Positions 9,583-17,834 of a stretch of DNA of 32,000 bases are shown here, piece after piece (within the stretch, counting starts at the first letter, position 1; every line of letters begins with the position of its first letter). The DNA is from Candidatus Arthromitus sp. SFB-mouse-Japan (GTDB lineage Bacteria > Bacillota > Clostridia > Clostridiales > Clostridiaceae): contig NC_015913.1 in assembly GCF_000270205.1 (NCBI RefSeq), positions 930,001-962,000 of the forward strand. The letters are read 5' to 3'. The notes beneath the pieces are model-generated. The model saw only the letters and a program-made list of their open reading frames with translations. It was not told the origin of the DNA and did not search any database. Made by a program: the position numbers and the translations under genes.

Positions 9583-10158
9583 TTAAGTTTCAAGTTCGCT
9601 TAATATATACTGCATCTCATCTCTATTGTCAGAGCTTAATTGGTAATTTAATACTAAATTTCTATCAGATACAGGTAAAGAATCCACCTTCTTACTGCTT
9701 ATATCTACTTTTTCATTTTCAATAAATAATTTACCATTATTGTCTGATTTAAATACAGTTATATAACCATTTTTCTCACCTATGTAATACATATTTGGAT
9801 TAAAATTATTTTCATCTTTTTCTTTTAAGACAATAGATTTATCATTAAAATCGATTATTTCATACTTTCCTAATGGATATACGTCAGTAAAAATTTTATT
9901 AATATCCATTAATTCTAGTTTCATCCTATTTTTTTCCATAAATTCACCATCATCATTTTGGCTCACTATAACTAAATCTCTAGTATTATTTTTAGATATC
10001 GATTCATAACTATTCCTATTCACAAAATTTGTATCATTTTTAAAACTAATAACTTTATAGGTAATCATATAGGCACTCAAAAAAATTACTATAGATATAC
10101 CGATTATCCCTAATATTATAAAATTATTTTTATTATTATTTAAAAATTTATTTTTCAT
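9583..10158 (-). CDS. Membrane-anchored BofC-like protein (sporulation-associated), tentative
   Basis: 191 aa with an N-terminal TM anchor. The C-terminal segment YYIGEKNGYITVFKSDNNGKLF...LPVSDRNLVLNYQLSSDNRDEMQYILSELE resembles the BofC C-terminal domain. In Bacillus subtilis bofC lies next to ruvA, matching this position. Confidence 0.4.
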   Translation of the reverse strand: MKNKFLNNNKNNFIILGIIGISIVIFLSAYMITYKVISFKNDTNFVNRNSYESISKNNTRDLVIVSQNDDGEFMEKNRMKLELMDINKIFTDVYPLGKYEIIDFNDKSIVLKEKDENNFNPNMYYIGEKNGYITVFKSDNNGKLFIENEKVDISSKKVDSLPVSDRNLVLNYQLSSDNRDEMQYILSELET

Positions 10159-10216
10159 TATCTCTCACTCCTTGTTAGGATTATGTATAAAATATTCAAT
10201 TTCTATACATATTTAG

Positions 10217-10258
10217 ATAAAAAATGAAAAGAGTGTATTGAAATCACAATACACTCTT
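10217..10258 (-). terminator. Terminator after yebC
   Basis: 12-bp stem AAGAGTGTATTG (10229-10240) / CAATACACTCTT (10247-10258) with a 6-nt loop, followed on the minus strand by a U-rich tract. Confidence 0.75.
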
Positions 10259-10268
10259 AAAAATTTAA

Positions 10269-11010
10269 CTATTCAAATTCATATTCTGCATTACAATAGA
10301 CTTCTTGAACATCCTCATCATCTTCTAACATATCTATAAATTTCTCTATCTTTTCAATATCCTCGTCTGAAGTTAATAAAACATTCGTATCTGCTTGCAA
10401 TCTTATTTCGGCTTCTAAAAAATCAATATTTTCTGAATCAAGCTCATCTTTTATCTTCTTAAAATTATCGGCATTGCTTTTAATTACATATACATTTTCC
10501 TTTTCGTGTGTTTGAAAATCATCAGCTCCATAATTAAAAGCAATTTCCATTATTTCATCTTCACTTATATCCTGAGACCTATCAACTACAATTTCACCAA
10601 TTTCTTTAAACATATAACTAACACAACCACTAGATCCGAGATTACCAGAAAATTTAGAAAATATATGTCTTATATTCCCTGCAGTTCTATTTTTATTATC
10701 TGTCAAAGTTTTAACTATAACTGCAACTCCAAATGGACCATAACCTTCATAAATTAAAGTTTCATAATTATCCCCTGTTAATTCTCCTGCCCCTTTTTTT
10801 ATTGCTCTCTCTATTGTTTCTCTTGGAACATTATTATGTTGAGCCTTTTTCTATAGCATCTTTGAGTTTTGAATTGCCTTCAATACTTGATCCACCCATT
10901 TTAGCTGCAACAGATATCTCTTTTATAAGTTTTGTAAATATTTTTGATCTTTTTGCATCAACTTTACTTTTACGCGCTTGTATATTATGCCATTTACTAT
11001 GACCTGCCAT
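10269..11010 (-). pseudogene. yebC: YebC/PmpR family DNA-binding regulator, split by a 1-nt frameshift
   Basis: ATG at 11008-11010 gives [58 protein letters not shown]. The next frame continues [61 protein letters not shown] into ORF 10269..10706. One extra base in GAAAAAGG (T-run 10846-10850 on plus) separates the frames. Confidence 0.85.
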
Positions 11011-11357
11011 TATTTATTCTCCTTACTTTTCTTAGGATATTTTATAGAATTTTTATACAGTTTCTCCATTATATTTCCATATAAATCGATATCTAAACTG
11101 TTAGCTAAAGAAATTGAATAGATCATCACATCTGCTAATTCTTCGCAAAAATGATTAAACTTATCACTATTTTTTATGTTATATGCCTCATCAGTTGTAT
11201 CCCACTGAAATATTTCCATAAGTTCTGCAGCTTCGATAGCTATACTCATACTAAGATCCTTAGGGTTTCTAAATTTATCCCATCCTCGTTCCAATTCAAA
11301 ATTCTTTATTATTTTCTTAAGCTCTTTTAGATTGATATTTGAATCATTTAACTCCAT
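11010..11357 (-). CDS. MazG-like nucleotide pyrophosphohydrolase (small all-alpha NTP-PPase)
   Basis: 115 aa. [30 protein letters not shown] ... [20 protein letters not shown] matches the MazG-type EExxE/ExxD helices. Its stop overlaps the yebC start (TAATG). Confidence 0.75.
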   Translation of the reverse strand: MELNDSNINLKELKKIIKNFELERGWDKFRNPKDLSMSIAIEAAELMEIFQWDTTDEAYNIKNSDKFNHFCEELADVMIYSISLANSLDIDLYGNIMEKLYKNSIKYPKKSKENK

Positions 11358-11378
11358 AACTTAATTCTCCTAATTTTA

Positions 11379-12032
11379 TTAAACCTCATTATTTAGAAAA
11401 TACTTTCCCTCATCTTTAAAATACATAACATCATCACTAATTTCAACACTCAAATTATTTGAAGTTAAATCAGTTATATCGGATAAAAACTTGTTTACAT
11501 CAATTTTCTCACATCTAACTTTAAAAATAACCCTATCTTCATATAAAGTATCTTTTATATGGATTTTATTTTCATTAAAAAAGTATTGTAATTTACCAAC
11601 CAAATCATACTTAACAATTATTAAAATTTCATTTCCCAAAACTTTGTCAACTATCCTTGCATTATTAATTGCCCCATTGGCTCCATTCACATAAGCTCTA
11701 GTTAATCCTCCAACACCTAGAAGAATTCCCCCAAAATATCTTGTTACCACAATAATAACATCCGTTAATTTTCTCTTTTTTATTAGTTCTATTATTGGTA
11801 TACCAGCAGTACCTTGGGGTTCACCGTCATCTGTATATCTTTGAATTAACATATCACCACCAACTATGTACCCGTAAACATTATGCTTAGAATCATAATG
11901 CTTACTATTTATGTATTCTATAAAATTTTTAGCCTCATCTTCTGATTCAATATGTTTAATATATCCAATAAAGACAGACCTCTTCTCTTCGAATTCGTAA
12001 TATGCATCGCCTATAATAGTTTTATAACTCAA
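11379..12032 (-). CDS. yigZ: IMPACT/YigZ family protein (UPF0029)
   Basis: 217 aa. EEKRSVFIGYI, HNVYGY, DDGEPQGTAGIPIL are typical of YigZ. TTG start 7 nt after GGAGAA inside the hflX 3' end. Confidence 0.8.
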   Translation of the reverse strand: MSYKTIIGDAYYEFEEKRSVFIGYIKHIESEDEAKNFIEYINSKHYDSKHNVYGYIVGGDMLIQRYTDDGEPQGTAGIPIIELIKKRKLTDVIIVVTRYFGGILLGVGGLTRAYVNGANGAINNARIVDKVLGNEILIIVKYDLVGKLQYFFNENKIHIKDTLYEDRVIFKVRCEKIDVNKFLSDITDLTSNNLSVEISDDVMYFKDEGKYFLNNEV

Positions 12033-12035
12033 TTT

Positions 12036-13850
12036 CTAATTCTCCAAATCTTCAATAATATATTTTTTAAATCTATCTAATTCACTCTTCGGTATATCAA
12101 AATTAACAAATGTACCTTTATCCAAATGCTTTTCTTTTATAATTTTATAACTTTCATAAACACTATTTAATATCGAATAATCATCATATGGAATTAGCAA
12201 AGATACATTTTGGTAATTTAAACTTAGAGTTTCCTCAACTAAATTTAGTAACTTATCTATATTAATTTTTTCGATGACAGAAATAAATACTATTTTATCA
12301 GAAGGATATAATTTATATATTTTTGATTTCAATTCCTCAAGCTCACTATTTTTTAATTTATCTATTTTATTAAATATTAGTATCCTGTTTAAATTCTTAA
12401 TCCCTATTTCTTTCAAAACATTATCAGTCGTATTTATTTCAACTTCAAAATTATTTGAAGAAATATCTACAACATGTAAGAGTAAACTGCTATAAATAAC
12501 CTCTTCCAATGTTGACTTAAATGCATCAACCAAATCATGTGGCAACTTTTTTATAAAACCAACTGTATCTGTCAAAGAAATTAAAGTTTTTCTCGGTAAC
12601 AAAATTTTTCTAACGGTTGTATCTAAAGTCGCAAATAACATATCTGCTTCAATTACAAGTTTTTTATCCAAATCCACTTCACCGACATTAGATGTTGAAT
12701 AAATATAATTTCTTAATGTAGACTTCCCAGCATTTGTATAACCTACAATCGAAACCTGTGGTATATTATTTTTTATTCTTGCATCTCTTTGTACACTTCT
12801 CTCTAACTTTATTTTCTCAATTTCTTTCTTCAAATAATCAATCTTACTTCTTACATATCTCCTATCAGTTTCAAGTTTAGTTTCTCCTGATCCTCCTCTT
12901 AAACCAATTCCCCCAGATGTTCTGTTTAAGTCACTACTCAATCCTCTCAATTTTGAATATTTATATTTCAACATAGCCAATTCAACTTGATATTTAGAAA
13001 CTTTAGATTTTGCCCTCCTATTAAATATTTCTAAAATCAATGTTGTCCTATCTATAACTCTAATTCCTGACATTTCTTCAAGAACGCGTATTTGAGATCC
13101 TGACAAATCATCATCAAAAATTAATAGTGTTATGTTCCTATGATAAATAGAGTTTAATATTTCTTTAATTTTTCCCTTACCTATGTAATACACAGAATCA
13201 GCCTTATCTCTATTTTGAAAAAACATATCTTTAACATTTATGTTGCAAGCATAAGCTAACTCTCTTAATTCTTCAAGACTTTCAAGAGTATCACACCCTA
13301 TTAAAACACAATTATCACTAATTTCATTTTCATATATTTCAACTTTAAAATTCTTCTCTATGTCTTGAATCTTAGAGAAAATATTAAAATCTAAATAATC
13401 TTTTAAATTATAAAAAACATACTCTTCATACTCATTATCACCATTATTTAACATTCCTATTGAAAACCCATTGAATAAATTTTCATCAGTAACATTAACT
13501 GCTGATATTGCATCCAATCTTAAATTCTTTAAACTTGCAATATCAACATCCGACAACTTAGGGGATGAATTTAAATGTGTATGAATTACCCTGCATCCAC
13601 TTAACTTCTTTTTATCCTTTAAATCAATATGAATCTTTGCATCAGCATTTGTTCCAATCGAAATACTATGAACATTTCCATTTCTTAATAAAACAATACA
13701 TATTTCCTTGTTAATCTTAAAACTTATTTCACATATCTTATATAAAATTTCTTCGCTAATAATTAAATTCTTATCAAGTCTAATATCATATATATCTTCA
13801 AGTTCATTAAGATAACTTCTTTTAATACCATTCGTATCACCGTATATCAT
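12036..13850 (-). CDS. hflX: GTPase HflX with about 175-aa N-terminal extension carrying a JAMM/MPN-like motif
   Basis: 604 aa. The canonical HflX N-domain starts near aa 180 (RVIDRTTLILEIFNRRAKSKVSKYQVELAMLKY). G-domain motifs are GYTNAGKST and DTVGF. The N-terminal extension contains E49...H90-T-H92-x7-S100-x2-D103. Confidence 0.9.
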   Translation of the reverse strand: MIYGDTNGIKRSYLNELEDIYDIRLDKNLIISEEILYKICEISFKINKEICIVLLRNGNVHSISIGTNADAKIHIDLKDKKKLSGCRVIHTHLNSSPKLSDVDIASLKNLRLDAISAVNVTDENLFNGFSIGMLNNGDNEYEEYVFYNLKDYLDFNIFSKIQDIEKNFKVEIYENEISDNCVLIGCDTLESLEELRELAYACNINVKDMFFQNRDKADSVYYIGKGKIKEILNSIYHRNITLLIFDDDLSGSQIRVLEEMSGIRVIDRTTLILEIFNRRAKSKVSKYQVELAMLKYKYSKLRGLSSDLNRTSGGIGLRGGSGETKLETDRRYVRSKIDYLKKEIEKIKLERSVQRDARIKNNIPQVSIVGYTNAGKSTLRNYIYSTSNVGEVDLDKKLVIEADMLFATLDTTVRKILLPRKTLISLTDTVGFIKKLPHDLVDAFKSTLEEVIYSSLLLHVVDISSNNFEVEINTTDNVLKEIGIKNLNRILIFNKIDKLKNSELEELKSKIYKLYPSDKIVFISVIEKINIDKLLNLVEETLSLNYQNVSLLIPYDDYSILNSVYESYKIIKEKHLDKGTFVNFDIPKSELDRFKKYIIEDLEN

Positions 13851-14002
13851 AGAATCACTCCTAAATCATAATTATAATTTTTCAAAAACTACTCACTCTG
13901 AAAGTATAGATTATTAATTTCATGAAAGAATTAAAAATATAAGTCAAATAAAAAATAATTACAAGTATCCTTGAATTTTATATTTGTTTCGATATTGCCA
14001 TA

Positions 14003-14031
14003 TTTACATTTTTTTTTGATAGTTATATAAT
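14003..14031 (+). promoter_or_regulatory. Sigma-A type promoter of pbp1A
   Basis: TTTACA (14003-14008), 17 nt spacer, TATAAT (14026-14031). About 50 nt upstream of the ATG at 14083 (RBS TAGGAGG). Confidence 0.45.
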
Positions 14032-14082
14032 TTAATGGATTACCTAATTAAACAAGGAGCAAGAATTTACTAGGAGGAATAT

Positions 14083-16974
14083 ATGTCAAATAATAATTCT
14101 AGCAATAGTTCAAACTTAAATAACGAAGACAAAAATAGTGAAACTATTCAGAATAATATTAATAATAAAAGCAGTAAAAAAACAAAAAAAATTATTACAA
14201 CGTTTCTAATTTTCTTATTAGCTATATTTTTAATTGGTGCTATTACTGTTTTTGGATTTACTTTTGCAATAATTAAGACTTCTCCTCCATTAACTATAGA
14301 GGCCGTTACTGATCTTGATCAAGCATCACAACTCTTTGATGCTGATGGCGAGTTTATGGATGAAGTATTAAAAGCTGAAAAAAGGTATGTAATTTCATTA
14401 GATGAAATGCCTCTTCAATTACGGAATGCATTTATCGCTATAGAAGACGAAAGATTTTATCAACATTCAGGGATAGATATACAACGTATAATAAGTGCGG
14501 TAATAACTGATATTAAGAAAATTTTAAATAAACAATCAGGATTGCATGGAGCTTCTACATTAACCCAACAAGTTATTAAAAATAATATTCTCACTAATGA
14601 AGTATCTGTGGTTAGGAAAATACGTGAAATTTATTTAGCCTTGGAATTAGAAAAACAAATGTCAAAAGATCAGATATTAGAAATATATTTGAACACAATA
14701 TTTGTTGGTGGTAATGCTTATGGCGTTGAAGCTGGCGCATTACAGTATTTTTCGAAAAATGCAAAAGATCTTACACTTGCACAATCTGCATTCTTAGCTG
14801 GATCAACACAACATCCTACAAAATATTATTCGAGTGCTGTAAACTCTGAAGATAGTCAATTTTATAAAAATAGAGCGATAACAGTCTTGAATAAAATGCT
14901 CGAGCTTGGATACATTGGTCAAGAAGATTATAATAAAGCGGTTGAAGAAATAAATACTGATAAAATAGGCTTTGATATTAAAAAAGTTAATGATAGTTAC
15001 AATTATGAATGGTTCGCAAGACCTGTGGTTGAAGAATTAACTAAAGATTTAAAGGAAGTTTACGGATATACTGATGAAGAAGTAAAACTTCACTTGAGAA
15101 ATGATGGACTTAAAATTTACACTACAATGGATAAAAGTTTACAAGACCATGCTCAATATGTACTTGATAATGCAACAAGTTATATAAATTTAGCTGAATG
15201 GACAGATGAGAATGGTATAATTCAACCCCAAATGTCTGCCGTCGTTATTGATTTTAAAACTGGTCATACTAAGGCAATTATTGGTGGACGTGGAGATCAA
15301 GATGCTAACTCATATAATAGAGCTGCTTCTGATAAATTTTTGCGTTCCATCGGATCAACAACAAAACCATTAACAGCTTACACTCCTCTTATTGACTTAA
15401 AATTAGGTCATGCTGGAACAGGAGTTGAGGATTCACCTCTATCTAAAGAATTATCTTCAAAATATGGTGGCTGGAATCCAACAAACGAAGTTAAAAATAA
15501 TTTTATAGGATACACAAATGTTAGATACTCTCTTGAAAGATCTATTAATTTATCAGCCATAAAAATAGTTGATAAAGTTGGAACAAAAAATGCACTAGAG
15601 TATGGTCAAAAATTCGGTTTACATTATAATGAAAATTCAAAAGATAGCATTGCAACATTAGCTTTAGGTCAATTTAATAATGATCCTAATAATTTAGATG
15701 GCGGTAACCCGTTAATTTTAGCTTCAGCATTTAGTGTTTTTGCAAATGGTGGTATTTTGACTGAACCTATAACTTATACCCACGTTGTAGATAAAAATGG
15801 TAAAGTAATATTAGAAAATAAACCAGAAAAAACCCAAGTCGTTTCTCCTGAAACTGCATATATAATGTACGATTTATTAAAAGGTCCTGTTGAAAGATAT
15901 TCTTCTAGACCTGCTAAATTCGGTGATATACCTGTGGTTGGTAAAACTGGTACAACTGAAAATATCAAAGATTTATGGTTTGCAGGTACAACTCCTTATA
16001 TGGCTGCCGCTATATGGATTGGAGCAGATAAACCTACAGAACTTACGGATAAATATGGTAAAAAACCTTTTAGTGGATCTACAGCCAGTGCATTATTCGG
16101 TAAGATCATGGAGAAAGCACATGAATCTCTTCCACCTGTAGAGATTCCAAGACCTGAAAATATAGTATCAGCAAACATTTGCAGTGTATCTGGACTATTG
16201 ACTACTCAATATTGTGCCTCTGATCCTAGGGGAAGTAAAGTTTATACAGAGTTATTTATAAAAGGTACTGTTCCAACTCATACTTGTGACGTACACGTTC
16301 CTGTAACTATTAACTCTTTAACAGGAGCAATAGCTACAGCAAATACTCCTGAGTATCTAAAAGAAACTCGTGTGTTCCTAAATAGAAAATACACTCCTAG
16401 CGTATATTTGAGTGACCAAAAGTACGTTGCACCCAAAGTATACGATAATGGATCATATGAATTACCTGACAACGACGACAATTTAAATCAAGACGGAGTA
16501 GATCCAGATGAAGAATGGTTTGAAGATGAAAATAACACTCCAACCACTCCAGATGACAGTAATACATCAAATCCAGATAATAGTGATGCATCTGACAATA
16601 ATACAATACCACCTATAGATAATAAGCCTCCTATAAATGATACAGAAACAGACATAGATGATCCACCATTAATTGAAGATATTCCTATCCTTCCTGATTT
16701 TGAAAATTCGAATAATGGTAGTTCTACGATAACTCCTTCTCCTCCTGGAGATGGAAATGGTTCTGGTTCTAATAACAGCACAGAAGTGCCACCAAATAAT
16801 GATAATAATAATGAAAATACAGATAATACTAACAATGGTAATGGCAATACAAACAACAATGAAACTACTATTCAACCTCCATCTACACCAGATAACAATG
16901 ATACTTCAAATGGGACCGAGATAGATAATGTTGAAAATGAAAGTCTAGATTCAGCTGATTTTGATTTCGGTTAA
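14083..16974 (+). CDS. Class A penicillin-binding protein (bifunctional glycosyltransferase/transpeptidase, PBP1A type) with long low-complexity C-terminal tail
   Basis: 963 aa. N-terminal TM anchor. GT51 motifs (AFIAIEDERFYQHSGID, GASTLTQQ). Transpeptidase SxxK (GSTTKP) and KTGT (GKTGTT). The last roughly 190 aa are an Asn/Asp/Pro/Thr-rich tail. Confidence 0.9.
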   Translation: MSNNNSSNSSNLNNEDKNSETIQNNINNKSSKKTKKIITTFLIFLLAIFLIGAITVFGFTFAIIKTSPPLTIEAVTDLDQASQLFDADGEFMDEVLKAEKRYVISLDEMPLQLRNAFIAIEDERFYQHSGIDIQRIISAVITDIKKILNKQSGLHGASTLTQQVIKNNILTNEVSVVRKIREIYLALELEKQMSKDQILEIYLNTIFVGGNAYGVEAGALQYFSKNAKDLTLAQSAFLAGSTQHPTKYYSSAVNSEDSQFYKNRAITVLNKMLELGYIGQEDYNKAVEEINTDKIGFDIKKVNDSYNYEWFARPVVEELTKDLKEVYGYTDEEVKLHLRNDGLKIYTTMDKSLQDHAQYVLDNATSYINLAEWTDENGIIQPQMSAVVIDFKTGHTKAIIGGRGDQDANSYNRAASDKFLRSIGSTTKPLTAYTPLIDLKLGHAGTGVEDSPLSKELSSKYGGWNPTNEVKNNFIGYTNVRYSLERSINLSAIKIVDKVGTKNALEYGQKFGLHYNENSKDSIATLALGQFNNDPNNLDGGNPLILASAFSVFANGGILTEPITYTHVVDKNGKVILENKPEKTQVVSPETAYIMYDLLKGPVERYSSRPAKFGDIPVVGKTGTTENIKDLWFAGTTPYMAAAIWIGADKPTELTDKYGKKPFSGSTASALFGKIMEKAHESLPPVEIPRPENIVSANICSVSGLLTTQYCASDPRGSKVYTELFIKGTVPTHTCDVHVPVTINSLTGAIATANTPEYLKETRVFLNRKYTPSVYLSDQKYVAPKVYDNGSYELPDNDDNLNQDGVDPDEEWFEDENNTPTTPDDSNTSNPDNSDASDNNTIPPIDNKPPINDTETDIDDPPLIEDIPILPDFENSNNGSSTITPSPPGDGNGSGSNNSTEVPPNNDNNNENTDNTNNGNGNTNNNETTIQPPSTPDNNDTSNGTEIDNVENESLDSADFDFG

Positions 16975-16999
16975 AATTTAAATTAAGGAGATTAAACAA

Positions 17000-17233
17000 A
17001 TGAAGATAACTATAAAATATTGTACTGTTTGAAATCATCTTCCTAGAGTAGTTACTCTATTGAATAAAATACTAGATGAATACAAAACTAATATTTCTAA
17101 TTTTGAACTACTTCCATCTGTCAATGGTGTATTCGATGTATTTATAGATGGTGCGTTAGTTTTCTCCCGTAAAGCTATTAATAGGATGCCTAATGAAAAT
17201 GAAATTGAAGATTTAATCGCATCAAAGATGTAA
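17000..17233 (+). CDS. SelW/Rdx-family (SelW-like) small redox protein, candidate selenoprotein with in-frame UGA (Sec) at codon 11
   Basis: Not in ORF track. AAGGAG (16985-16990) lies 9 nt before the ATG at 17000. Translation is MKITIKYCTV[TGA]NHLPRVVTLLNKILDEYKTNISNFELLPSVNGVFDVFIDGALVFSRKAINRMPNENEIEDLIASKM with TAA at 17231-17233. The CxxU sits at the family redox motif, and G.F(D/E)V..dG.L(V/I)FS(K/R) is conserved. A hairpin follows the TGA. Confidence 0.7.
17044..17059 (+). promoter_or_regulatory. SECIS-like stem-loop downstream of the in-frame UGA
   Basis: UAGAGU-AGUU-ACUCUA: 6-bp stem, 4-nt loop, starting 11 nt after the UGA. Loop G-U fall at +22/+23 counted from the U of UGA. The SelB-contacting G23/U24 of the E. 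coli fdhF SECIS sit at a comparable distance. Confidence 0.5.
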
Positions 17234-17244
17234 AAAATTAAAAA

Positions 17245-17286
17245 GACCACATAACAGATTACAACCTCTGCTATGCGGTCTTTTTT
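17245..17286. terminator. Bidirectional terminator between convergent selW-like and yfcE-like genes
   Basis: 14-position stem, 17245-17258 / 17267-17280. It has two A-C mismatches on the plus RNA that become G-U pairs on the minus RNA. T-run 17281-17286 on plus; A-rich run 17232-17244 gives the U-tract for the minus strand. Confidence 0.75.
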
Positions 17287-17314
17287 ATGTTTATTAAAGC
17301 AATATTTAATTTTA

Positions 17315-17767
17315 TTATATCTGAAAAAATTTAACTTGTATTTTATTTTCAATATTTATAACTGCTAAACTTATTGGAAGGGAAAATCTCTTTGGACCAA
17401 AACTTCCTGGATTTAAAATCAATGTATTGTTTATATATTTTTCTGATGGATTATGAGTATGACCATGTATAACTATATCATAATTTATGTATTCCTCATT
17501 CATATAACTTAAATCATGTATAACATAAACATTAAGACTATCATTTATATTTAATTTTTTATTATCTGGGTATTTATTATGATCTAAATTAAAATCGTTA
17601 TTTCCACTAACTGCCTCAACTTTACATATAGTTTCAAGCTCATATATTGTGCTTTCCTTCACTATATCTCCTGCATGAATAATAAGATCACAATCTCTAA
17701 AAAATTCATAAACTTCTGAGCGTATTAAACCATGTGTATCAGAAATAACCCCAATATTTTTTACCAT
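17315..17767 (-). CDS. YfcE/MJ0936-family metallophosphoesterase
   Basis: 150 aa. Motifs ISDTHG, HAGDI, GNND, HGHTH. Confidence 0.85.
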   Translation of the reverse strand: MVKNIGVISDTHGLIRSEVYEFFRDCDLIIHAGDIVKESTIYELETICKVEAVSGNNDFNLDHNKYPDNKKLNINDSLNVYVIHDLSYMNEEYINYDIVIHGHTHNPSEKYINNTLILNPGSFGPKRFSLPISLAVINIENKIQVKFFQI

Positions 17768-17785
17768 AATACCTATATCCTCCTA

Positions 17786-17825
17786 AAAATAAAAAACTCC
17801 CATATTAACTTATAGGGAGTTTTTT
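17786..17825 (-). terminator. Terminator after the HTH/coiled-coil gene
   Basis: AAAAACTCCC (17792-17801) / GGGAGTTTTT (17815-17824) with a 13-nt loop, flanked by A/T runs on both sides. Confidence 0.65.
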
Positions 17826-17834
17826 GTGCAAATA

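Noticed and set aside
7222-10860. Programmed +1 ribosomal frameshifting or transcriptional slippage as the explanation for the queA and yebC splits
   Set aside because: Both sites follow an AAA Lys codon. However, there is no in-frame slow or stop codon in the prfB style, no internal Shine-Dalgarno stimulator and no long slippery run. These genes are not known to be recoded. Indel mutation or assembly error is more parsimonious.
889-12495. Plus-strand 60-131 aa ORFs inside secD, scfB, the 629-aa gene, tgt, queA, ruvB, yebC, yigZ and hflX (and similar ones later inside hslO, adh, rluD, divIVA and ylmH)
   Set aside because: All are antisense to well-supported genes. They are rich in Ile/Phe/Leu/Ser, as expected from reverse-complemented AT-rich coding sequence, and lack ribosome-binding sites.
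15774-16875. Cluster of small ORFs on both strands inside the pbp1A 3' region (for example 16488..16859 and 16669..16875)
   Set aside because: These are shadow ORFs created by the stop-poor, low-complexity Asn/Asp/Pro coding tail of PBP1A. They have no RBS and no independent signals.
17030-17032. Possibility that TGA is reassigned genome-wide (translation table 4-like), which would explain the in-frame TGA
   Set aside because: ruvB (7897-7899) and ruvA (8891-8893) terminate with TGA at their normal family C-termini, so TGA is a standard stop here. Context-dependent Sec insertion is the better explanation.
17035-17352. 105-aa minus-strand ORF from the track overlapping the region after pbp1A
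   Set aside because: It is antisense to a much better supported plus-strand SelW-like gene with an RBS, family motifs and a terminator. Its composition is low-complexity and hydrophobic, it has no RBS, and it runs through the bidirectional terminator.
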